55,810 nucleotides of DNA. It comes from Narcine bancroftii. Its lineage: Eukaryota. A model generated the notes under the pieces. The model ran no database searches. It saw only the letters and a list, made by a program, of their open reading frames with translations, and was not told the DNA's origin. The position numbers and the translations under genes are program-made. Below, piece after piece: positions 1-11,900 of this stretch (position 1 is the first letter of the stretch; each line of letters begins with the position of its first letter). The DNA lies in NCBI RefSeq assembly GCF_036971445.1, contig NC_091476.1:66100191-66156000 (forward strand), read 5' to 3'.

Positions 1-802
1 TCTCCCCATTCCTCCTCTCCCTTTCTCATCCTTTCCTCTCCCCTCCCTCCTCCCCCCTCCTGCATCCCTCCACTCCTGTCTCCCTCTCCCCTCTTCTCCT
101 TCACCTCTCTTCCTCCTCTCTCCTCTCCCTCTCTTCTCCCTCTCTTTGCCCTGTCCCCCTACTCTCTCCATCCCTACCTCCCCCCACCCTGACCAAAGTC
201 TAAAGTGGGTTAGAATTCGGAGTTGACCATGTGTTTGGGGCCACTTGGACTAGACGAGCGATTGAAGCTGGAACTCCTGCTCTGTGTGTGTGTGTTCAGC
301 CGGAACATTAATTTGATTGCTAATTATTATTCACGAGAGGAATTGAGTTTAAACTGTTGGACTGGAACTGGGAATTTTGATGCGAGATGGGTCGTTGGGT
401 GGAGATGGCGCCAGGAACTGGAGGAGTTGATGAGTTGAGGTCTGGAGAAAGTCAGCGTTGAATGGCAGCATAGGTTTGATGAACTGAGCGGTTCCCTTCC
501 CTTAGAGCATGGCCCTTCGGCCCACGTGGTTGTGCTGACCCACCACATAACCCTTCCGTCATACCTGTTTCTGAGAGAGAGGCCTTTAAGTGCCCGTCCT
601 GTAACCAGCTTTCACCACCCACCCCTGGCATGCACCACCCCTGACGTCTCCCCTCCCTTCAGGGATCTTCTGGGACTGGCTAACATCTCCCCAGGGGAAA
701 TAGTGGTGGGGAAGGGAGATGATGATGGGGGAAGGGAGAGATTATTTATCCGCCTGTCCAATTCTGATTCATTGCCTGGGCCCGTACACGCCATCAGTGC
801 AG

Positions 803-897
803 CCCTGAGGTTCCTTTCCCTGCGGACCACCCACCCCTGAGGTTCCTTTCCCTGCGGACCACCCACCCCTGAGGCTCCTTTCCCTGCGGACCACCCT
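803..897. repeat. 32-bp tandem repeat x3 containing GLI consensus GACCACCCA
   Basis: Unit cctgaggttcctttccctgcggaccacccacc; GACCACCCA at 825 and 857, GACCACCCT at 889. Confidence 0.9.
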
Positions 898-929
898 CTC
901 CACACTCCAGGCGGTGCTGAGCCGTGGAA

Positions 930-1065
930 TCTTTCACAGGAAGTCGGCCCATGCGAACTCGGTGGAGGGTGTGAGTGAGTCACCAGCCTCTCATTTCTTG
1001 TGACGTTGGCGGGGGCGTCACACCACGGAAACAGGCTGCTCTCCCGGCCGACCAGCCAATCATCC
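930..1065. promoter_or_regulatory. candidate cis-regulatory motif cluster
   Basis: CAGGAAGT (ETS, 937), TGAGTCA (AP-1, 976), TGACGT (CRE-like, 1001) and CCAAT (1056) within ~125 bp of non-repetitive sequence. Confidence 0.3.
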
Positions 1066-1417
1066 TTTTCCATTTTGTATTCCTCCCCTTTCCCCACCTC
1101 CCCCAATTCTGCACACCCCCCACCCCCCCCCCTCCCTCACCAATGCTCTGGGGAGCAGTTTGCACTCGCGGGCCCTGCACTGGAGCATCTGAAGGGTGAA
1201 CCTTGGGGAGACGGGTGTAGGGCCTGCAGATGCACACCTGCGTGGAGGTGCGTGTGCACAAATGTGAATGTGCGTAGTTGCATACACGTGCATTAATGCA
1301 CATGATCATGCACACATGAACACAGACAGGAACACAATCACACACGAACACACACACACACACACACACCCTTGAGCTTGAGAACCCAGCACTGTCTGAA
1401 TCAGAGGGGCAGGGGGC

Positions 1418-1453
<36 letters not shown>

Positions 1454-1904
1454 TGTCAGGGGAGGAGAGGATGGGGAGGGTCAGAGAGAGAAAATGGGGG
1501 TTAGAGAGAGAAAAGGGGATAAAAAGAGAGGGGTGAGGGGGTGAGAGAGGACTAAAAAAGAAGAGGGAGAAAAGGGTGAGTCGGAGAGAGGGGAAGGGAG
1601 GTGCTGGAGAAAGAGAGGGTTCAGAGGAAGAGACGGGGGTGGAGGGATCAAAGAGATAACAGTGGTTCAGGGTTTGGGCTTGGAGTGAGATGGGATCAGG
1701 GGTTGGGGAAGGATGGAAAGAGGCAGGGAGGGGGTCAGAGGTCGGACGAGGGAGAGCTAAACAGGCGAGTGGAGGGGAGAGGAGAGGGAGAAAGGGTGGA
1801 GGAGGAGAAGGAGGAGGGAGTGGGGAGAAGGAAGGAAGGGGGGAAACCTCTGTTGGTCTATGGCTGGAGGTCATTCTGCCAGCCACCCCCAGCTACTCCA
1901 TGTG

Positions 1905-2775
1905 GGCCCTCGGATCCTTCCCAACCCAGACCCTCACTCTCCCCCGGACCATCTCTCCCCCCACCGGACCCTCTCTTTTCACCCGGACTCTCTCTCTGCC
2001 CCCCGACCCTCTCTCCCCACCCCCCCATGGACCATCTCCCCCTCAGACCCTCACTCTCTCTCTCTCTCTCCCCCCCTGAACCCCTCCCATCGGATCCTCT
2101 CTCCCCCCCCCATCGGACCCTCTCCCCCCCGGACCCTCTCTCTGCCATTCTAGACCCTCTCTCTTCCCCCCACAGGACCCTCTCTCTCAACCTCAGATCC
2201 TCTCTCTCCTCCATCGGATCCTCTCCCCCCCCTCCATCGGACACTCTCCCCACCCCCAATCAGACCCTCTCCCTCCGAACGCTCTCTCTTCTCCCCCCCG
2301 GACCCGCTCTCTTCCCCCCCCAGACCCTCTCTCTACCCCCCCGGACCCTCTCTCTGCCCCCCGGATCCTCTCTCTGCCCCCCGGATCCTCTCTCTGCCCC
2401 CCGGATCCTCTCTCTACCTCCCAGATCCTCTCTCTGCCCCCCGGATCCTCTCTCTGCCCCCCGGATCCTCTCTCTGCCCCCGGATCCTCTCTCTGCCCCC
2501 GGATCCTCTCTCTGCCCCCCAACCCTCTCTCTGCCCCCTCGACCCTCTCTCTCCCCCCCAACCCTCACCCCCCCGACCTTCTCTCCCCCAACACTCTCTC
2601 TCTCCCTTTGACCCTCTCTCTCCCCCCCGACCCTCTCTAACCCCCCAGACCTTCTCTCTCCCCCCCACACCTTCTCTCTCCCGCCCAGACCTTCTCTCTC
2701 CCGCCCAGACCTTCTCTCTCCCCCCAGACCCCCTTTCCCTCCCATCAGACCCTCTCCCCCTCAGACCCTCTCATC
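1905..2775. repeat. pyrimidine-rich ~20-bp minisatellite
   Basis: Unit ccggatcctctctctgcccc, near-perfect at 2341-2520 and degenerate on both flanks. Confidence 0.9.
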
Positions 2776-2809
2776 CTGGGCCTCTCATATCTGGATCTTC
2801 TCTGTGCAG

Positions 2810-2955
2810 GTGAAGACCCTCGGCTCCTCGCTGGAGCTCGGGGACAGCGAGGAGACGTGTGCCCCAGAGCCGGGGTCCTCCCACCACAGGGATGGTCACA
2901 GCGACTACCTCAAGCTCGTCGACGGGGTCTTCCTCAACAGAGTCATGAGGCAAAT
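2810..2955 (+). CDS. CCDC88B: CCDC88B exon 2 (Hook domain)
   Basis: tgcag|GTGAAG...CAAAT|gtaaat; [49 protein letters not shown]; phase 0-2. Confidence 0.93.
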
Positions 2956-5900
2956 GTAAATAGGTCTGGGAGGGGAGGAGCTGCCCCTCCAGCCCCCGAA
3001 CCCACTCACCTGTTGTCTGAGATGTGGCCCTGTAGTTAGACAGAGAGACCTGGGTTCTCCCCTCTCTCTAACTCCAGGGTCACTGGGCAGGAACCCTGGC
3101 TGATTCTCCCCTCTCTCTAACCCCGGGGTCACTGGGTAGGAACCCTAGCTGATTCCCCCTTCTCTCTAACCCCAGGGTCACGGGGCAGANNNNNNNNNNN
3201 NNNNNNNNNNNNNNNNNNNNNNNNNNNNNNNNNNNNNNNNNNNNNNNNNNNNNNNNNNNNNNNNNNNNNNNNNNNNNNNNNNNNNNNNNNNNNNNNNNNN
3301 NNNNNNNNNNNNNNNNNNNNNNNNNNNNNNNNNNNNNNNNNNNNNNNNNNNNNNNNNNNNNNNNNNNNNNNNNNNNNNNNNNNNNNNNNTGATGAAGTGG
3401 AAAAATGTCACAACTGCGGCCGTCGAGGGAAGTCACAGGCAACATGAAGGGAAACAAGAGGGCGAAGCAGGAAGCAAAAAATTCGTGGGCGGATCAAGAA
3501 TTGGGAAGTTTCTAAAAACTTGTAGAGGGCAACTCATAAGGTGGCAAAAGATGAAGTGTGAAAGTGGGCCAGCAAATCCTATCACAGAGGTGGGGGCCTC
3601 TAGAAATGGATGCTGGGGAAATAATAAGGGGAGACAGGGAGACGGCCTCCTCTCCATCGGGGAGACTTGGAGATCACTCCACCTTCGCTCTGTCATCCAC
3701 AACGCCAAGGGCCTTGACCCTCCCCTTCAATTCCATGCCCCATTCCCGTGCCGGCGTGTCTGCCCACAGCCTCATGCCCTGCTGGATCAAGGCAGCCCGC
3801 AAGATGGAGGAGCGGCACCCTGGTCTGGGCACTCTCCAACCGGACGGTGTCAGCGTCGAACTCTCCGCCATCCGTTAACCTCCCTGTCAGGTCTTCCCCC
3901 TATCCCCCCGGCCCCCATTCCTCCAGCTTCCCTTCCCCCTCCTGTCAGAGACCTAACCCCTCCCTTCTCTGTGTTGCAGAGTCAGTTTGTTTAAATTCAT
4001 TACGTTTCCAGTTCTTTATTTGTTTGCGTGTTTTACGCTGTGTACGGTTTATTTTTTTTCATTACCTATTAGTGGTAATTCTGCCATCCCGCGGGAGAAA
4101 GGAATCTCAGGGCTGTACGTGACATCCTATATGTACTCTGAACCTGCCCACCTCTCCCCCCAGTGACCCGAACCCCCAGACCCAGCGGATCTACCATAAC
4201 GAGCGGAATGACGAGGTCCTCAGGGTCCAGAATCTATCCATCCTGATGCAGCACATCAGAACCTTCTACCAGGTAAACAGGGAAGGGGGGGTGGTGTGGG
4301 AGAAACTGTCCGCGTCTTCGGTTGGGAGGAGGAGGGGAGGGGGCCCCCGACTGCCCAGGCTCGGAGAAGGGGAGCAGAGGGGAGCTGGAAATGTAAACCG
4401 GCCGCGCGGCCGGAGCAAGTCTGTTGAGGGATAAAAGGGAGGAGGGGGAAGGTTTAGGGGGGGGATGTCTCTGCGCAGAGAGTGGTGGGGAGTGGTGATT
4501 GCAGGACTCGATTTTAACATTTAAGAGGAATTTGGACAGGTACGTAGACGGGAGGGGTATGGAAGGATATGGACTGGATGCAGGTTAGCGGGACGAGGCA
4601 GAAAAATGTTTCAGCACGGCCTAGAAGGGTTGAAGGGGCCTGTTTTAGTGCTGTAATATTCCATGTTCTATCCAGGCAAGTCAGCCTATTCTCTGACAAT
4701 ACGTGAGATAGTGAAGATCTCCAGGTTCCTTTCATTGTAACGATTTTGCAATGTAAAAATGTCTGACATACATCGACGTTTTTCTACCACAAGGCGAACA
4801 AGGAGCCGCCATTAGTGGCATCCCATCGTGGTTGGAGAGAGAAGCGCCCCCCCAGAGTCATCAAGTGTCCATGGATTTTCCCCCAGCCTCACCGACCCCT
4901 ATTCAATCATCGGCTGCCTGAGCTCCAGCCAGGAAGCCATCAGTGCCCGAGGCCTTCCTCGGGAGCCCCTTCTCACCCTCTCCAGTCCCAGTTCCGATGC
5001 CATGTACCTCCCGAGCCGGGCTCCAGCTTCCCCCACCCCCCAGTAGGGTCTTCTCCCACACATCTCCTTTCCAACAGTTAGTGGAGAGGCGGGAGGTGGA
5101 GGGGTGTTCTCCCCTGTTCTGGACGCCCAGCTTTGTGGAGGCCAGGAAGGGTGCAGGAGGGGCTTGGGGAGATGCATGAACTGGAAAGTCCCGGGAAGAG
5201 CAAGGAGGGGAGAAGCGGCCCTCCCTTGCGGGGTCCAACCATCCAGTCCTGACAGCTCTCGCGGGCTTCAAAAGGGCCCGTTTTATTTAAAATCCCGCTG
5301 CCACGTGCTCTGCGCACAAGATGATGGTAGGCATGAGGGGCTGCAGCCTCTGGGGGGGTGGGTGGGTGGGAGCGGAGGACTGGCACGGGGTGGGGGGGCT
5401 CTACGGCTGAAGGAACCACATGGCCAACGAAGTGAGGGACCGCCAAGGACTGGGGCAGCGGGATGGGGGAGGGGGTGTGAGGGCTGCCTGACTGCATCAG
5501 TGGCTCGGATCCGGAGCCCAGGCGGCCAACGGTCTGGCCTGGACTCTGTGGGGCTGCAGGGGGGGAGCACTGGAGGCGGGCCTGGACTCTGTGGGGTTGC
5601 AGGGGGGAGCACTGGAGGCGAATCCACGGACACTCGGCGACTCAGGGTGGGGGAATGGTCTCTCTTTTGCTTCTCTCTCTCTGACGTTAAGGGGCGCCAG
5701 GCCTCTGCTGGTGGCAAATTTCATGTAATATTATACCTCATTACATGATGGTCTTAAAACGGGCGGGCTGGGAAGCTTGTCAATGGACAGTTCGACCGTA
5801 ACGTGTCACAGATAAAGTCGCGACCTTGTTCCCCAGGGTCGAGGGAGACCAGAGAGCGCAGGTTTTAGGAGTGTTGGACTTTTGCTCGGGGCACTGGCCG

Positions 5901-8900
5901 GTCCCGAGGGCGTTGGGACATGCCAATGCCCTGGAGAAACTCAGCACCGTGCGTGGGAGGTAAAGAGGTGGCCAACATTTCGGGCCTGGTGGACAGGGTC
6001 GTAAAGAGGGCCATTGAGTACAGGAGCTGGGACATCATTTTAACATTGGACGACGCCAAATTTGGAGCGTTGAGCGCAGTTTTGGTCACCAAACTACAGG
6101 AAAGATATTGCCACAGTGTCGAAAGAGGGCAGAGAAAGATTTCAGATTCACTGTCAGATTGGAGGAACAACACCCGATTTACTCCCCCCCCGCTCCCCAA
6201 CGTCCGGGGCAGCTCTCCAGCCGGATGGCGTCGATGCCTGACTTCTCCTGCTCTCCCTTACCCCAGCTGTCCCTATACCCCTTGACCGCCGCTGTCCCCT
6301 CCCTCCCTTCTCCACCTCCTGCACCCCCCCCATTCTTTGGTTCGGGCGTCCGCCGACATCTTCCCGGCCTTCGACAGAGGGCTCAAGCCCGAACATCAGT
6401 GATTTTTTTTTAAACTTTACTCTACAAAGGGACGCAGTTTGGCCCGCCGAGCATTGGTCAAAAAGGGGAGGTTTGATCAAGGCGTACAAGATTCTGAGGG
6501 CGGGCGGACAGAGTAAACGTAGAGGATGGGTGAAATACAAGCTGGAGGGCGTGGGGTAAAGGTGGGGGGAGCCTCATCATGTGGAAAGCGGCAGGAGCGT
6601 GGATCAAGTTGAGGTGGTGATTATTTCTTTTAGCGCTTAAGAAGAATTTGAACGGGTGGGGGTTGGAGAGGGCAATGGGCTGGGTACAGGCCAGAGGGAC
6701 TAGGGTTAGCACATGCGAGAGGGGCTGAAGGGCCTGTTTCTGGGCTGCAGTATTTGCAGGTGATGCTGACGCCGGCATTTTGCCCAACTCCCCAAGGTGT
6801 CGAGAGCGACTTGGTTTGAAAAGAGTCGAACTAACTCGGGGCCGTTGATCACTGTGGCTTTTTTCCAGTTCCACCTGCCACGCCCCCCCCCCACCCCCAA
6901 CCAGTTTCTCTAACCCTTGAACTTCTGTGGAATGAGTTGGTTTCCTGTGTGTTGCAAAACCACTCGGGCCACCCACCGCTTGCTCAGGATGTGGGCCACT
7001 TCCCCCCCACCCCCCCGACCCGTGGCTGGCAGCTCGCAGGCCACTGGGAGGGAATGCGGGCAGGGCATGAAGCGTCCTTGGAGCAGGGGAGCAGCTTGGG
7101 GCCAGGGAGACCCTCTGCATGGGACCAGTGCCCCTTCAGCCCATCGAGTGCCCATCAATTGCCGTCACTGTCCACTTGACCTACATCAGATTTTGTTCCA
7201 CTGGGCGTTACCATCGATGCCCCTCGGCCCGACACTTAGGGGTGGGGGACGGGGGAATTTGCAGTGACTGATGTACCAGATGACACCCCCACCCTTCACC
7301 GCCTGCCCTCACTCAGCAACGTTGCCCAGGATATGAGAGGGAGGGGGGAGGCGCTGAGGGTGGGANNNNNNNNNNNNNNNNNNNNNNNNNNNNNNNNNNN
7401 NNNNNNNNNNNNNNNNNNNNNNNNNNNNNNNNNNNNNNNNNNNNNNNNNNNNNNNNNNNNNNNNNNNNNNNNNNNNNNNNNNNNNNNNNNNNNNNNNNNN
7501 NNNNNNNNNNNNNNNNNNNNNNNNNNNNNNNNNNGACCACCTCCACACACACCCCTACACAGACACTGGGAAATGTCTGTACCGTACACTAATTGCCCCT
7601 CCACCCTGTTCTTCCTATTTCTCCCTCTCCCTCTTTCCCATTCTAAACCTCTTCAGTTTCCAGGTTTCTTGTCACACAGAGGTATACTGAAAACGTTTGC
7701 TCAGTACAACCTCTGTGTTCCGCCCAAGAATGTTCCACCCTCTGTGTCCCCTCCTGTGTGTTCCCTTCTGTGTCCCCCCTTTGTGACACCCCTCTGTGTC
7801 ATCCCCCCTCTATATCTCCACCCCCTTGTGCCTCCCCATCTGTTTCCAGCCCTCTCTCCCTAATGGAGGGGAACCTCCTTGGTGACCAGACCTCGCTCAG
7901 ACTCTCAGTTTTGGGATTGTTCCAGGAAGCCTCTGAGTGACATTTTCAACACAGCCTCACATCCTCTTTTGTTTATAACAATGTGTGCAGAACCTTTCGG
8001 GCTGTTACCAGAGCGGTTTAACTGAGGTTCCGCACAGGTCTGACACAGTTATTTTTATCAGGATCAGAATTCATTGTCGTGAACATGTCACAAAATTTGT
8101 TCTTTTTGCAGCGGCAGCATCACAGGGGGAAATATTTCTCTAAACCACCTCGCAAAATAAATAAAACTAGTGCGAGACAAAGTCAAAGGCAGAAAAATGG
8201 ATTGACACAGACTAGAAGGGCCGAAGGGGCAGTTTCTGTGTTGGAGTGTTCAATGTTCATTCACTGTCCCTCCCTCTGTATAAGTAACAGATTCCCAACC
8301 CCTTCCTCTGCATGTTTAATACTCCCTCTCCACCCCTCCCTCTGTATGTAACACATTCCCAATCCCTTCCTCTGCATGTTTAATACTCCCTCTCCACCCC
8401 TCCCTCTGTATGTAACACATTCCCAATCCCTTCCTCTGCATGTTTAATACTCCCTCTCCACCCCTCCCTCTGTATGTAACACATTCCCAACCCCTTCCTC
8501 TGCATGTTTAATGCTCCTCTGCCCCTTCCTCTGCATATTTAATGTTCCCCTCCACCCCTACCTCTGCGTCTGTTGTGTGTTTCACTGCCCCTTCCTCTGA
8601 ATGTCGAATGCTCCTCTGCCCCTCCTTCTGCGTACTTAATGGCTCCTCTCCCCCTCTGCCCACAGGAAGACCTCCAACAGCTGATCCTGATGTCGCCTCC
8701 CAATGTCCAGCTCCTGGGTCGAGACCCTCTCAGCGGTGAGCAGACTCTGTTTGCCTGATCCCGATTTCCTTGCCAACCCCACCTCCCCCCTGGCCCTTCC
8801 GCTGGCTCCCCAGAGACGGGCCCCCTCCCATGGCCAAAGTGCGGCGAGAGGGGAGTGGGCCCTTGCAGCCGTCTCCACTCCCCACCACCACCGCCGCCCG

Positions 8901-11900
8901 GCATTCATCCTCGACCCTGCTCAGGATGAGTTGGCGGCCCTGCCGGGGATGTGCACACAGCAAGATCCAATAAACAGCAGGAGGGCAGGCTTCACGTCTG
9001 GGATAAATAGCGTCCACAGGCGGGAAAGATGTTTTCCTGACGTTTCGGACCTGAGCCCCTCTGTCGGCTTTTACTTCTGTGTTTCAATCGCACTGATCTG
9101 GAAGGGAGGGGGAGGGGACTGAGCGGATAGCACTAAATTGAGCGGAAAAGCAAATGGTGCAGAGGACATGGAGAGTCTGCGGGGAGATATGGATAGGTTA
9201 AGCGAGTGGTCAAGGGTCAGGGCAGATGTTGGCAAATCCACTTTGGAAGGAAAAACGGGAGATCAGAATATTTACACGGCAAGCAACTGCAGTGGGCGGA
9301 AGGGCTTGCGCATGAATTGCAGAAGGTTGGCGTGCAGGTGTAGCGGGCTGTCAAGAAGGGAAATGGAACGTTGGCCATTACTACTGGAGGGGTTGGTTTT
9401 AGGAGCAGGGAGGTTCTGCTGCGACTGGACTGGGTCCAGGGCGAGGCCACATCTGGAGAACCATGGACGGTTCTGATCCCCTTACTCGAGGAAGGATGGA
9501 CCAGTTTTGGAGGTGATGCGGATGGGGATTCACCAGGTGGATTCCAGGGATGAGGGGAGTTGGCCTATGAGTCGTCCGGGACTGTACTCGATGGGATTTA
9601 GAAGAATGAGACGGGGATCTTATAGAAATGTATAAAATTATGAAAGGCGTCGATAAGATAGAGGTCGGTAGGTTGTTCTCATTGGTAGGGAAGACCAGAA
9701 CGAGGCCTCAAGATTCAGGGTCGGAGATTGAGGACAGAGATGAGGAGCAACTGCTTTTCCCGGGGGGGGGGGGGGGTGAATCTGCGGAATTCGCTGCCTG
9801 TCAAAGCCGTGGACCGACCTCGGTCAATAGATTTAACATGAGGTTGGGTAGATTTTTACATCATCGGGGGATTGAGGGATGTGAAGAAAAAGGCAGGTGG
9901 GTGGAGATGAGCTGGTCATCAGATCATTCAATGGAGGAGCAGGCGCAATGGGCCGAATGGCTGACTCCTGCTCCCATACCTGAGGTTTGGGATGGAATGG
10001 AGAGGGGCCTTGCAGACCAGTCTCCTCCTCCCAGGCAGTGTCCCCGACGGGCGTCCAATCCACCGACCCGGGGTCTTCCCCCTCCCCCGTCCTCCCCTCC
10101 GTCCTGCACCCCCCACCCCACTGTCTCACCTGGCCATGTGTCCTCCTTCTCTCTGGCAGACGAGGGGATGCAGGAGCTCGACAAGGTTTTGCTGCTCCTC
10201 CTGGGCTGCGCGGTTCAGGTAGGCTCCCCTCTTCGACCCTCCGGGGAGGTGGGGGTGGGGAGGCTGAGCTCAGGTTATTGGATTGGGGAGCGGGGAGTCT
10301 GGGTGACGCAGGGAGTTGTGGCATCTGCTGGACTTCACTGGAGGAGAAGGTAGGAGGCTAAAATGCCACAGATGATGCAAATCCACAACCTAAGAAGCAG
10401 GCCATTCAGCCCATCGAGTCTGCCCCTCCATTCATTTCCCGGCCTCCCCCCCCCCCCCCCCCCCCCACCCACATAACCCGGCTCGTCAAGAGCCTCTGCC
10501 TTAAACATGCCCGATGGCCCGGCCTCCAAGACGGCCTGGCCTCCAAGACTGCCCATAGCCTCAAATTCCTCCGCTTCTTTTGCTCAGAGCGGATGCCCTT
10601 CGACCCTGAAATTTGGCCCTCTTATCCTGGGCTCCCCCATCGTGGGGAAACAGCCTTTCCATGTCAGCCCTGTCTGCGCCTTTCAACGTTTGAAATGTTT
10701 CAACGAGATCCCACATCCCCCTATCCCCGGTTCTCCTCAATTCCAACGAGTCCAGGTCAAACGCTTCTCGTAGGAAAACCCTTTCAATCCCGGAATCATG
10801 CTCGTGAACCTCCCTGAACCCTCGGCCACGCCAGCACGTCCTTTCATAAATGAGGAGCCCACGATGCACCGAGTGGGGGCCTCGCCTTATAAAGCCTCCC
10901 TGCTCTGCCCCTCTCGAACGAACGCCCTGTGCTCTTCCCCGCCGACTTGACCTGCAAGTTTCCCTTCAGGCCGCTCTGTACGAGGGCACCCAGGTCCCTT
11001 TTCATCATGATGGGAGAGGGAGGACGGATGGTTGATGCGGTGCCGGCGATTGGGACTGGGGTTTGAAGCCCGACCCAGTGGCCCTCAACCTTTTTCTTCC
11101 CACGTGCGTCCCACTCCTAAGTAATCCCAGTGCCACCACTGATGACCCCCTGCCGTAACTGAGCAGACCCCCACCCATTCTCTGTTGCTGTTGCAGAGTG
11201 AGAGGAAAGAGGACATCATCAAGCAAATTCAGACGTTGGACTTGGATACGCAGATCTCCGTCGCCGCGCACATCCGGGAGGTGAGTCACTGAGTGCGCTT
11301 GCATGTGCCGCCCTGTTGACCAACAACGCCCCCCCCCCCCCCCCCCACAGTACGTTTCGAACAGTGGGAGAAAATTGGAGCCCCCCTTCACCCTCCTCCC
11401 CGTCCCGGAGAAAACTGACTCCTTGTGTGCTACCCCGTTGAGCGCAAGGCCTTTGGTGCAACACTGCTCGGCACTCGCCAGTTGTGCTCCGGTAAAATGT
11501 TATCAAGGTGACATCCTCAATGTCCAGAGCTGTCCTGACTAACGTGGAGGGTCCAGGAGAGGTCATGCGTCAAGAACTGGACGTGACGATCTGGGGCGGA
11601 TGTTGTGGGCCAATAGGGTGGCCGTTGTGGGCCATGGAGGTGGCCGTTGTGGGCCATGGAGGTGGCCGTTGTGGGCCATGGGGGTGGCCGTGTGGGCCAT
11701 GGGGGAGGACGTTGTGGGTCGGGGCGGACGTTGTGGGCCCTGGGGGCGGACGTTGTGGGCCTTCAGGGCAGACGTTGTGGGCCCTTGGGCCTGCTGTGGC
11801 GACGTTCCCTGTGATTAGAGGGGTCCATGGGGGGGGGGATCTGCCGGGAGGTGAATGTAGCAAGCTAACGTGCACCTCAGGGCCGTGCGCCCGGCCTGCT

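Noticed and set aside
200-1900. Search for CCDC88B coding exon 1
   Set aside because: No ATG-initiated phase-0 exon encoding an F..SPL..W-like peptide with a good donor was found. The ATGs at 951 and 1143 give the wrong phase or weak donors.
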